Part shown: positions 52,802 through 62,163 of the stretch, in pieces
Position numbering within the stretch: position 1 is the stretch's first letter
Layout: each line of letters starts with the position of its first letter
Origin: Dysgonamonadaceae bacterium
GTDB taxonomy: Bacteria; Bacteroidota; Bacteroidia; Bacteroidales; Azobacteroidaceae
Reading direction: 5' to 3'
Length of the DNA stretch: 64,000 bases
NCBI GenBank assembly: GCA_031260045.1
Contig: JAIRKO010000039.1
Span: 122,210-186,209 of the forward strand
The notes under the pieces: generated by a model
Told to the model about the DNA's origin: nothing
Database searches by the model: none
The model's input: the letters and a program-made list of their open reading frames with translations, nothing else
Made by a program: the position numbers and the translations under genes

Positions 52802-53494
52802 TTATTTGATTTGTGCGGACGCGCGGTCGATATATTTGTCAATATCGGCGGCTTCCTGCGAAGCGGCGTATTTGTCTTTGATGGCGTTGTAAACCTTCAC
52901 CGCATTTTTGAAATCGGAAAGGCTTTCGTAAGCCAAACCTGCTTTTTTCAGGTAAATCGGACTAATGTATTGGCTTTCGGCTTTGGCGGCGGCTTTCTTG
53001 AAATATTCGACGCCTTTTTCCACATTGTCCGTGTTAACGTAGCAATCGCCGGTTAATCCCGTGATTACCGCGCCGATCACTTTATCGTCCGTGCTGTATC
53101 CTTTCAGATATTCCAGCGCTTCGTCATATTGTCCCAAGTGGTAATAACAAATTCCGGCGTAGGCTTTAGCCAGTTTGCCTGTTTTGGTAAAACCGTAATC
53201 TTCGGCGACGCCGAGAAAACCAATACTTGAAATGCTGTCGCCGTTCAAAGCCAAATCCCATTGCCGGTTAGCCAAATAGTCTTCGCTCGTGAAAACGGCT
53301 TCCTGCGCTTCAGTTTCTTTCGGAATCAGGTAATACTGGCGAGTGCCGATAACGGCAAGCACAATCACGATGATTGCGCCCAGCCCTATCATGACGTGAT
53401 TTTTATACGTTTCGATGAATCTCTCCGATTTAGAAAGGATTTCGCCTACATTTGCTTCCGCTTGCGTAGGGGTTGTTTTTACTTTTTTTGCCAT
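52802..53494 (-). CDS. Membrane-anchored TPR protein (YfgM-like)
   Basis: N-terminal TM and TPR repeats; ATG 53494; -7 box at 53528-53535. Confidence 0.82.
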   Translation of the reverse strand: MAKKVKTTPTQAEANVGEILSKSERFIETYKNHVMIGLGAIIVIVLAVIGTRQYYLIPKETEAQEAVFTSEDYLANRQWDLALNGDSISSIGFLGVAEDYGFTKTGKLAKAYAGICYYHLGQYDEALEYLKGYSTDDKVIGAVITGLTGDCYVNTDNVEKGVEYFKKAAAKAESQYISPIYLKKAGLAYESLSDFKNAVKVYNAIKDKYAASQEAADIDKYIDRASAQIK

Positions 53495-53634
53495 TGTAAT
53501 GTATATAAGGTAATTTATTTTGACCGGCAAAAGTACATTTTTTTCGGTTATTATTAAAATTTTGCTTATTTTTTTGTTTTGTGGGGCAATAAGAGTTAAG
53601 AACTAAGCGTTTTCATTATTCTTAGTTCTTTTAT

Positions 53635-53740
53635 TCAGGGGATCCCGCATCAAACGCGGGATGACGGGAAAGCAGGCGCGGTGTGGTTGAAATACCGTAC
53701 ACGTCGCCAGCGAAAGCGAAGCCTGAAGCAATCCAGAATA
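53635..53740. repeat. Composite REP-like element
   Basis: GGGATCCCGCATCAAACGCGGGATGACGGG ... GCGAAGCCTGAAGCAATCCAGAA. Confidence 0.75.
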
Positions 53741-53829
53741 CACTTTGTTTAGCATCTCTAAATTGTGCTATTTAAAATTAAGGTCGTATTTTTGTACAAA
53801 AAATAAAACAAAAAGATTATGGCGGCATT

Positions 53830-56022
53830 ATGAAAGAATCTGTCATTCCCAACGTCGAATTTCCGGATATTTACCGCAAGTTGTTACGGAGTATCGTCGA
53901 TTCCGTTCCTCCGAAAACCGTAAAAAAAGCCAAAGAACATATTTTGGCGGCAGCCGGAAACGGCGCTTATACCAACGACGTTTACGGCTTAAATCCCTTG
54001 TACCGCAATTTGCAAACGGCTTTGATTATTGCCGACGAAATCGGGTTGAAAGGCACGGTAACGATTGCTGTCGCCCTTTCCCGATCGGTTATACAGGGCT
54101 GTTACTCTATTGATTACATCAGGAAAACATTTGGCGAAGACGCGGGGGATATTATCCACGGTTTGATGCGGGTGCAGAAACTGTATGCCCGAAACGCCGC
54201 CATTGAAACGGAAAACTTTCACAAACTGCTACTCTCTTTTGCCGAAGACGTCCGGGTGATTTTGATTATGATTGCCGACAGGCTGTGTTTGATGCGGACT
54301 GCCAAACTGTTGTCCGAAGAGCATTTACTGAAACTCTCGGCGGAAGCTTCCTATTTATACGCCCCCATTTCCCACCGTTTGGGTCTGTACAAAATCAAAT
54401 CGGAACTGGAAGATTTGGCGCTGAAATTTCAGGACAGGGAAATGTATGACTTTATTGCCCGGAAAATCAACGAAACAAAGCGTTCGAGAGACGCTTACAT
54501 CGCCGAATTTATTGCGCCCGTCGAGGCGAAACTGAAGGCGTTGAACCTGAATTTCGACGTCAAGGGGCGCACCAAATCCATTCATTCCATCCGCAATAAA
54601 CTCCTGAAACAGCAGGTTGAGTTTGAAAATATCTACGACCTGTTTGCCGTCCGAGTTGTGCTTAATACCCCGCCGGAAAAGGAAAAAGCGGAATGTTGGC
54701 AGGTCTATTCGGTCATTACCGACATGTACCAGCCCAATCCCAAACGCCTGAAAGACTGGCTGTCCATACCCAAAAGCAACGGCTACGAATCTCTGCATAC
54801 CACCGTTATGGGACCGCACGGCAAATGGGTGGAAGTGCAAATCCGCAGCAAACGGATGGACGAAATTGCGGAAAGAGGCTTGGCTGCCCACTGGAAATAC
54901 AAGGGTATCAAGGGCGAAAGCGGCTTGGACGAATGGATGAACAGCGTGCGGGAAGTTCTCGAACACAGGGAATCGGCGCCCACCGACATGATCCGCGATT
55001 TCAAAATGGACTTGTATGACGACGAAATTTTTGTGTTTACCCCGAAGGGCGATTTGTTCAAATTGCCGCAAGGCGCTACTGTACTTGATTTTGCGTTTTC
55101 TATTCACACCAAGCTGGGCGCACGGTGCGTTTCGGGCAGAGTAAACGGGAAAAATGTAACCATCCGCCACAAGCTTCAGAGCGGCGACCAGGTGGATATT
55201 CTGACTTCGCCGAACCAATCGCCGAAACAGGACTGGCTGACTTTTGTACGTACAACCAGAGCCCGCGTCAAAATCAAGCAATCGCTGAAGGAACAAGCCG
55301 CCAAACAGGTCGAATTTGCCAAAGAACTCTTGCACCGCCGTTTCAAAAACCGAAAAATTGAGGAAGACGAAGCCCGCCTGATGCGTTTAATTAAAAAGAA
55401 AGGTTTCAAGACGGTTACGGATTTTTATGCCGAAATTGCCGGCGAACGGTTGGACGTCAATGCCGTTATTGACCAGTATTCGGAACTGGAAAAAAAGGAG
55501 TTGGAACTGGAACAACATGCCGACCGGAGCGTCGAAAATTACGTGGCGCAAACGCCGGTGGAAGAAATCACCCGGAGCGAAGATGCGCTATTGATCGACG
55601 AACACATCACCGGCATTGATTACAGTCCTGCAAAATGCTGCAACCCGATTTACGGCGACGAAATTTTCGGGTTTATTTCCTCGAAAGGCATCAAAATCCA
55701 CCGGCGGAACTGCCCAAACGCGCCGCAAATGTTCAACCGTTACGGCTACCGGATAATCAACGTCCGCTGGTCGGGTAAACCGGGCGGCAATTATGCGGTA
55801 ACGCTACGAGTTATCGGCAATGACGACATCGGCATCGTTACCAACATTACTTCTGTGATTTCGAGGGAAAAAGGGATGATGTTGCGTTCCATCAACGTCG
55901 ATCCTTCCGACGGGTTGTTTCAGGGGACTTTAACGGTGATGCTGGGCGACAATGCGGTTTTGACGGGGTTGATTAAGAAAATCAAGGCGATAAAGGGGGT
56001 TAAACAGGTTGAGCGGATGTGA
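53830..56022 (+). CDS. relA: Long RelA/SpoT homolog, (p)ppGpp synthetase with degenerate HD domain
   Basis: GRTKS, DLFAVR, RLKD, NGYESLH, EVQIR, TGS (FTPKG), CC zinc finger and ACT domains; -7 box at 53787-53794. Confidence 0.9.
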   Translation: MKESVIPNVEFPDIYRKLLRSIVDSVPPKTVKKAKEHILAAAGNGAYTNDVYGLNPLYRNLQTALIIADEIGLKGTVTIAVALSRSVIQGCYSIDYIRKTFGEDAGDIIHGLMRVQKLYARNAAIETENFHKLLLSFAEDVRVILIMIADRLCLMRTAKLLSEEHLLKLSAEASYLYAPISHRLGLYKIKSELEDLALKFQDREMYDFIARKINETKRSRDAYIAEFIAPVEAKLKALNLNFDVKGRTKSIHSIRNKLLKQQVEFENIYDLFAVRVVLNTPPEKEKAECWQVYSVITDMYQPNPKRLKDWLSIPKSNGYESLHTTVMGPHGKWVEVQIRSKRMDEIAERGLAAHWKYKGIKGESGLDEWMNSVREVLEHRESAPTDMIRDFKMDLYDDEIFVFTPKGDLFKLPQGATVLDFAFSIHTKLGARCVSGRVNGKNVTIRHKLQSGDQVDILTSPNQSPKQDWLTFVRTTRARVKIKQSLKEQAAKQVEFAKELLHRRFKNRKIEEDEARLMRLIKKKGFKTVTDFYAEIAGERLDVNAVIDQYSELEKKELELEQHADRSVENYVAQTPVEEITRSEDALLIDEHITGIDYSPAKCCNPIYGDEIFGFISSKGIKIHRRNCPNAPQMFNRYGYRIINVRWSGKPGGNYAVTLRVIGNDDIGIVTNITSVISREKGMMLRSINVDPSDGLFQGTLTVMLGDNAVLTGLIKKIKAIKGVKQVERM

Positions 56023-56134
56023 ATTCAGATGATATTTTGAATTTTGCTGCAAAGTTTAAACAGAAAGATATAACTTTGCAACAAATCATGATATATGAAT
56101 TAATTTTTTAACATATTAAAAAAATAAACAGTCT

Positions 56135-56447
56135 ATGAACAAACCAGATTATTCAAAGGAAATTTTTAGGTTATTAGAACTTAATTGGGACGATAGTGAA
56201 TGTACCTCAACCGGTTCAACCGTTACAACAGAGGCATGGAAAAGAATTTATGAGAAGATAGCAGCATGGGAAAATAACGGAATATTATCTGTTGCAAAAG
56301 GTCTTGAAAAATATAAAAAATAAAATGTATGAGTATGTATTCAAAAATATTGAAATCCTTTGGAATGGTGGGCATTTTAGTTTGAATATATCTTCAGAAA
56401 AATTGGGATTTAAAAGCAAAAGCAATAAAATCAGAATTAAACTGTGA
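56135..56447 (+). pseudogene. Two small AT-rich ORFs (56135-56323, 56325-56447), probable remnant of a restriction endonuclease gene
   Basis: Low GC; own -7 box at 56071-56078; the second ORF's TGA overlaps the MTase ATG (TGATG). Confidence 0.45.
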
Positions 56448-57436
56448 TGTTTTATAATGAAGATTGCATAGAAAGTGCTAAAAAATATCTAAAATCAAAC
56501 TCAATTGATCTTATAATCAGCGATCCCCCATACGGTATTAACGGAGATCGTCTGGACAAACACTATAATCGGGATGAAAGCAATGTGCTTGACGGTTATG
56601 TTGAAGTGCCGAAGAAGGAATACCCCGAATTTTCGCAAAAATGGATAACAGAAGCGGCAAGAGTTTTGCGACCGGGCGGAAGCATTTATATTGTTTCAGG
56701 ATACTCTCAATTAAGACACATCCTTAACGCATTGGCAAATACGCCGTTGCAAGAGAAAAACCACATTGTCTGGAAGTATAATTTTGGTGTTTATACGAGT
56801 AAAAAATATATTTCTTCGCATTACCATATTTTGTACTATGTGAAGCCAAACGGAAATGTAACATTTAACACAAATGCTTTCTTTGCCGATTCTGAAAAAT
56901 CGGCAAACGGTGGAAGCTTGAATTATTTAGACCGTGAAGATGTTTGGATTATCAACCGTGAATACAAACCGGGACAAATAAAAAATAAAAATGAATTGCC
57001 AAAATCGTTACTCACAAAAATGATTTTATATTCAAGCAATGAAAACGATTTAATTTGTGATTTCTTTTTGGGCAGTTTTTCTACCGCAAAAGTCGCTATC
57101 GGTTTGGGTCGTAGGGCTTGTGGGTTTGAATTAAACAAAAACGCATTCGATTATCAAATCAAAGAAATTGAAAAAATCAAATCAGGTGAATTGCTTTCAG
57201 GATTAAGACAAGTTCCGAAAAACAAACTTGTCAATAAAGGAAAATCCTTATCACAGGAAGAAACAAATCAAATTGTATCGGAATTTAATCAACTTACCAA
57301 AAAAGGGATGTCGCAAAAAAATGCCTGTGACGCTCTATCCGGCAAATATGGGCGCGGTTATTGGTCAATTTCGAAAATGGTTTCTTCTTTCAAACTCAAC
57401 GGTTCTCAACCCCCAAGTGTTTCTCTCTTTGACTAA
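56447..57436 (+). CDS. Site-specific amino-DNA methyltransferase (N4-C/N6-A, beta-type motif order)
   Basis: DPPY near the N-terminus, RVLRPGG, SAM motif DFFLGSFST late; extra C-terminal helical domain. Confidence 0.88.
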   Translation: MFYNEDCIESAKKYLKSNSIDLIISDPPYGINGDRLDKHYNRDESNVLDGYVEVPKKEYPEFSQKWITEAARVLRPGGSIYIVSGYSQLRHILNALANTPLQEKNHIVWKYNFGVYTSKKYISSHYHILYYVKPNGNVTFNTNAFFADSEKSANGGSLNYLDREDVWIINREYKPGQIKNKNELPKSLLTKMILYSSNENDLICDFFLGSFSTAKVAIGLGRRACGFELNKNAFDYQIKEIEKIKSGELLSGLRQVPKNKLVNKGKSLSQEETNQIVSEFNQLTKKGMSQKNACDALSGKYGRGYWSISKMVSSFKLNGSQPPSVSLFD

Positions 57437-57479
57437 GGAATTTACATGTTTTGTATTTCTTAAATCCCAACATAATATA

Positions 57480-57941
57480 TTATTTTCTATGGGTTTGATA
57501 ATTCATAAATCTGTTTTTAGCCATCACTTCATAGTCCGTCCCTCGCCGCCCATAATTACAATAAGGATAAATACTTATTCCTCCTCGCGGAGAAAAAATA
57601 CCGGTTACTTCAATATATTTCGGATCCAGCAAGCGGATTAAATCTTTCATAATAATATTGACGCAGTCTTCATGGAAAGCGCCATGATTACGGAAGCCAA
57701 ACAAATAGAGTTTCAGACTTTTGCTTTCAACCATTTTAACATCGGGAATGTAATCAATCCGTATCGTTGCAAAATCCGGCTGTCCGGTAATCGGGCAAAG
57801 GGCGGTAAATTCGGGGCAGTTAAAATGCACCCAATAATCGTTTTCGGGGTGCTTGTTGTCGAATGTTTCCAGGACTTCCGGCGCATAAGTTTGCTTGTAT
57901 TCGGTTTTGTTTCCGAGCGCTGTTAGATTATTTTTATTCAT
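57480..57941 (-). CDS. queF: NADPH-dependent 7-cyano-7-deazaguanine reductase (preQ1 synthase)
   Basis: [32 protein letters not shown]. Confidence 0.96.
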   Translation of the reverse strand: MNKNNLTALGNKTEYKQTYAPEVLETFDNKHPENDYWVHFNCPEFTALCPITGQPDFATIRIDYIPDVKMVESKSLKLYLFGFRNHGAFHEDCVNIIMKDLIRLLDPKYIEVTGIFSPRGGISIYPYCNYGRRGTDYEVMAKNRFMNYQTHRK

Positions 57942-57956
57942 TTTTTCCTTGTAAAG

Positions 57957-58298
57957 TTATAGCAAACCGTTTTCCTGTTTTAGTCTCTGTATTTCCTTTT
58001 CGGAAATATTGTCCTGTTCACCTTTGTCGTAAATTGTAAGCAAATAAATTTTCCCTTTTTCGTCATCTACGTAAAGAACATACGTAATTACTCTCGCCCC
58101 GCCTCTTTTACCTTTTCCTTTTGAAGTGATAGTCATACGAACCTTCCGGGTATTGTTACCCAAACTATCGCCCATAGTCGGATTTTTACGCAACTCTTTC
58201 GTTAAATCAACGATATCGTTTTCCAACGAACGGTATTTTTTTAACAAATGCTTAAAATTACGCTCGAAATCTTTAGACGGTACAATTTTATACTTCAT
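57957..58298 (-). CDS. Type II toxin, RelE/ParE superfamily
   Basis: F.RN.K.L.KKY.SL, KVRM...KGKGKRGGARVI, LLTIYDK.EQDNI; ATG 58298 overlaps the antitoxin end. Confidence 0.85.
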   Translation of the reverse strand: MKYKIVPSKDFERNFKHLLKKYRSLENDIVDLTKELRKNPTMGDSLGNNTRKVRMTITSKGKGKRGGARVITYVLYVDDEKGKIYLLTIYDKGEQDNISEKEIQRLKQENGLL

Positions 58299-58539
58299 CA
58301 CGCAGTTCGGCAAGAAATTCTTCAATTGTTTTTTCTTTTTTCTTTCCGTCAATCATCAGTTTGACGTCCCTGAACGCGCTTTGAAGCTCATAATAAAGCG
58401 GACTGTGCTTTTCTTCTTTTTCTTTCGTTTTCTCCCTCACCGGCAAAAGCGTAACTACATCGGTAGCAGACTTTAACAGATCAATAATACTTTTTCCGAG
58501 AGGCATTTTCTCGTTAATTTGTAATTGATAGGTAACCAT
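58288..58539 (-). CDS. Putative cognate antitoxin
   Basis: 83 aa, upstream of and overlapping the toxin by 11 nt; C-terminal TIEEFLAEL; -7 box at 58573-58580. Confidence 0.72.
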   Translation of the reverse strand: MVTYQLQINEKMPLGKSIIDLLKSATDVVTLLPVREKTKEKEEKHSPLYYELQSAFRDVKLMIDGKKKEKTIEEFLAELRDEV

Positions 58540-58700
58540 AAATATTTATGTTTATATGTTTAGAATTGCCGACAAAGATACATAACAATTGCGAAACCGA
58601 ACACCATTTTGCGGGAAAAACACGGCGCAACCGCATTTGTGTATTAAAAATTAAGTCGTACTTTTGTAACAAAAAATTCATTATTTTAATTATCAACCCA

Positions 58701-60152
58701 ATGTCTCCCATCTCAGTCCTAATCACTATCGTAGCCTACTTTTCCGCATTGTTTACCGTTTCATACCTCGCCGGACGAAAAGCCGATAACGCCGGTTTCT
58801 TTTCCGGCAACCGGAAATCGCCCTGGTATGTCGTGGCGTTTGCAACCATCGGCGCCGCCATATCGGGTGTAACGTTCGTTTCCGTACCGGGCATGGTGGC
58901 TGCAAGCGGCTTTTCGTACCTGCAAATGGTGCTGGGATTTGCCGTCGGACAGCTGATTATCGCCTTTGTCCTGATACCGCTGTATTATAAAATGAATCTG
59001 GTGTCGATTTACGAATATCTGGAAACGCGGTTCGGCGTATCGTCATACAAAACGGGCGCATGGTTTTTCTTCATTTCCAAGATGTTGGGGGCTTCCGTGC
59101 GGCTGTTTATCGTTTGCACGGTGTTGCAGTTACTGGTTTTTTCGCCCTGGCATTTGCCGTTTGCGGTCAATGTGATATTTACCGTCGGGATTGTCTGGCT
59201 CTACACTTTTCGCGGCGGGGTGAAATCGCTGATTTGGACAGACTCGCTCAAAACTTTTTGCCTGATTGTGTCGGTGGGACTGACCATTTATTATATCGGG
59301 CGAAATCTTGGGGCGGATGTTGGCAGTATATGGTCGCTCATCGGTGATTCCGAGATGTCGAAAACTTTTTTCTTCGACGATGGAAACGACCGGCGGTATT
59401 TCTGGAAACAGTTTCTTGCCGGCATATTTACCATGATTGCCACAACAGGGTTGGATCAGGACATGATGCAAAAAACCCTGAGTTGCAAAAACTTTCGTGA
59501 TGCGCGTAAAAATATGATTACCGGCGGCATCTTGCAAATCTTCATCAACGCGCTGTTTCTTACTTTGGGCGTATTGCTGTACGTTTACGCCACCAATAGA
59601 CAAATCGCTTTGCCGGGCAAGGGCGACGATGTGTTTCCTTTCCTTGCGCTGCAGCTTTCGCCGGTCGTGGGCGTGCTGTTTATCGTTGGACTGATTTCCG
59701 CAGCATACGCCGCCGCAGGTTCGGCTTTGACGGCGCTCACCACTTCGTTTACGGTAGATATTTTGGAAAGTCCGAAGAAGAAAACCGAAAATCAGGTGGC
59801 AGTCGTTCGCCGAAAAGTGCATATCGGCATGGCGGCGGTGATGGCGGCGGTGATTTTCCTAATCAATCTTTTGAACAACGATTCCGTCATCAATACGGTT
59901 TATATGGTAGCGAGTTACACCTACGGACCTTTGCTCGGCATGTTTGCTTTCGGGATGTTTACGAAGAAAGCCGTAAAAGACAAATGGGCGCCGCTTGTAG
60001 CGGTCGTTTCGCCGGTTTTATGTTTTATTTTCGACGTGAATTCGCAAGCTTGGTTCAACGGGTATCAGTTCAGTCACGAGCGGTTGATATTGAATGCTTT
60101 GTTTACTTTTATCGGGCTTTGTTTGTTGATAAAGAAACCACATTCCCCGTAA
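58701..60152 (+). CDS. Sodium:solute symporter
   Basis: ISGVTFVSVPG, SIYEYLE.RFG, GLDQDMMQK; many TMs; -7 box at 58659-58666. Confidence 0.9.
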   Translation: MSPISVLITIVAYFSALFTVSYLAGRKADNAGFFSGNRKSPWYVVAFATIGAAISGVTFVSVPGMVAASGFSYLQMVLGFAVGQLIIAFVLIPLYYKMNLVSIYEYLETRFGVSSYKTGAWFFFISKMLGASVRLFIVCTVLQLLVFSPWHLPFAVNVIFTVGIVWLYTFRGGVKSLIWTDSLKTFCLIVSVGLTIYYIGRNLGADVGSIWSLIGDSEMSKTFFFDDGNDRRYFWKQFLAGIFTMIATTGLDQDMMQKTLSCKNFRDARKNMITGGILQIFINALFLTLGVLLYVYATNRQIALPGKGDDVFPFLALQLSPVVGVLFIVGLISAAYAAAGSALTALTTSFTVDILESPKKKTENQVAVVRRKVHIGMAAVMAAVIFLINLLNNDSVINTVYMVASYTYGPLLGMFAFGMFTKKAVKDKWAPLVAVVSPVLCFIFDVNSQAWFNGYQFSHERLILNALFTFIGLCLLIKKPHSP

Positions 60153-61359
60153 ATTTCCCGTCAGCCAAAAGCGTATCCACAGTATCTCCTTCCCGCAGTT
60201 CCTTCACTGATTTAACGGTTTTCCCGTTTTTCACCGTCATCGAATAGCCTTTAGACAAAATATGTTCCGGCGACGACAGGCGGAAAAACGATTCTTTTTC
60301 ATTCAACCAAGCATGTTGTCCGGACAGCATTTGGCGGACATGGTTTTGTATTTGTATGCGAATAATTTCCGTTTTCGATTTTTTATTTTCAATCAAAGCG
60401 TTTGCTGCCAAAGGCAAACGGGACGCCAAAGTATGCAGGTTGTCGGTAGTTGTTTTTAAAAAGGTTTGCGCAGATTTGTTTATCGTAGTGCGGCAATCCA
60501 AGAGTTTTCCGGCGGTTGCGTCCATGCAGGCAATCAGGAAGTCGGCGACGGCGGTAGGCGTTTTCGCCCTGTGGCAAGCAATGAAATCCAACACCGTATC
60601 GTCCCGTTCATGCCCGATGCCGGTGATAACGGGCAGTGGAAACTGTGCGCAATTTGCCGCCAGCAGGTAGGAATCGAACGAAGCCAAATCGGAAGTCGCG
60701 CCGCCGCCCCGTATGATAACAACCACATCGAATAAATTCCTATACTCAAATATTTTATCCAAAGCGGAAATGACGGACGCTTCGGTTTGTTCGCCCTGCA
60801 TCAGCGCAGGAAAAAGGCGGGGATAAAAAACATAGCCGGAAGGATTGCCGGACAGGTGGTTCAAAAAATCTTCGTAACCGGCGGCTGTGGAGGAAGAAAT
60901 AACCGCTATCCGCTGAGGCAGCGCAGGGATTTCCAACTCTTTATTCATGGTCAAAATTCCCTCTTCTTCCAAACGGCGGAGGATTGCCTGCCTTTGCGTC
61001 TGCAAATCGCCCAAAGTGTAGGACGGATCAATGTCGTAAACCGTCAAGCCGTAACCGTAAACCGGATGCAAATCTACGGCAACCCTGACCAGCACGCGCA
61101 ATCCGGAATCAAACCGCCGCCCTGTCGCCTGTTCAAAATAAGGTTGCAGGGTTTCATAAACATTCGCCCAAATGCGACCTCCGGCTTTTGCAACGGTAGC
61201 GCCGGTAAGCGGATTTTTTTCTACAAACTCAAGGTAACAATGGCGGTTGCTCACACGCACATCGGAGGTTTCGGCAATCACCCAGCAGGTTTCGGGAAAA
61301 GCCTGCTTCACTGCCGAAGCCAAGCGGTTATTGAGTTGGGAAAGCGTGAGAAAATCCAT
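60109..61359 (-). CDS. xseA: Exodeoxyribonuclease VII large subunit
   Basis: HCYLE, RGGG, TGIGHERD, TPTAVA, LSKGYS. Confidence 0.93.
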   Translation of the reverse strand: MDFLTLSQLNNRLASAVKQAFPETCWVIAETSDVRVSNRHCYLEFVEKNPLTGATVAKAGGRIWANVYETLQPYFEQATGRRFDSGLRVLVRVAVDLHPVYGYGLTVYDIDPSYTLGDLQTQRQAILRRLEEEGILTMNKELEIPALPQRIAVISSSTAAGYEDFLNHLSGNPSGYVFYPRLFPALMQGEQTEASVISALDKIFEYRNLFDVVVIIRGGGATSDLASFDSYLLAANCAQFPLPVITGIGHERDDTVLDFIACHRAKTPTAVADFLIACMDATAGKLLDCRTTINKSAQTFLKTTTDNLHTLASRLPLAANALIENKKSKTEIIRIQIQNHVRQMLSGQHAWLNEKESFFRLSSPEHILSKGYSMTVKNGKTVKSVKELREGDTVDTLLADGKFTGNVVSLSTNKAR

Positions 61360-61513
61360 TATAATCAAAAAAGGTGAAAGAAATATTTCGCATTAATTAG
61401 TCTCAAACGTATCTTCGCATGAAAATTTAAAATGTAACCCAAAGATTACATAATATAAAAACATATTTTTCGTTTCTCTATATGAATATTTATAGTTTGA
61501 ATTATGAGATTGT

Positions 61514-62131
61514 ATGAGAAAAATTATTTTTTTGTTTGCATTTTTTACTGTTCCAGTATATCCTATTTATTCTCAAATGATAAAAATAGAGAACGGTATT
61601 GTTATTTCATCTATGGGTCATAATAAATTAAATTTATTTGAGAAAAATATTTATACTTACAGTATAGCGGCAGGTATTGATTATTTTGAACATAAATATG
61701 TTTATCTGTCAAGTAAAATTGGATATTTGAAAAAAGGAGGTAAAAATGAAGTTTTTCTTGTATCTGAAATAATAGATGAACTAACGAATAAGATATCTAT
61801 TTTTGAAAATTGGAATTTTATTGATGTTAATACAACTTGTCGTTTGAAATATCCATTAAATAATAGTCATATTTATATTGGATTTGGTCCCTTTACTGAT
61901 TTTTTAATTGGTTCGAATAATACCCATTATTTGGAATCTTACAAAGCAAATAAAATTCTTTTCGGAATTTGTTCGGAATTAGGGTTTAACAGATATTTGA
62001 CAGATAAAATGATGTTGGGAGTAAACATTTCTCATCAAACTCTTTTGAATAATTTCGTCCATAGTAACAACTCGAAAATCAAAAATAAAACATTTTATTT
62101 TATGTTTACTTTTGGATATAGCCTTTATTAA
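61514..62131 (+). CDS. AT-rich outer-membrane beta-barrel (OmpA/PorT-like) protein
   Basis: Signal peptide, alternating beta-strand pattern, YIGFGP, C-terminal FTFGYSLY; markedly low GC. Confidence 0.65.
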   Translation: MRKIIFLFAFFTVPVYPIYSQMIKIENGIVISSMGHNKLNLFEKNIYTYSIAAGIDYFEHKYVYLSSKIGYLKKGGKNEVFLVSEIIDELTNKISIFENWNFIDVNTTCRLKYPLNNSHIYIGFGPFTDFLIGSNNTHYLESYKANKILFGICSELGFNRYLTDKMMLGVNISHQTLLNNFVHSNNSKIKNKTFYFMFTFGYSLY

Positions 62132-62163
62132 CTACTTATAAAAAGAACAGCCTCCATTAACCA

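Noticed and set aside
56447-57941. 7-deazaguanine DNA-modification (dpd) system suggested by queF next to a DNA MTase
   Set aside because: The genes are convergent, dpdA/tgt-like, folE and queCDE genes are absent, and queF looks like an ordinary housekeeping copy.
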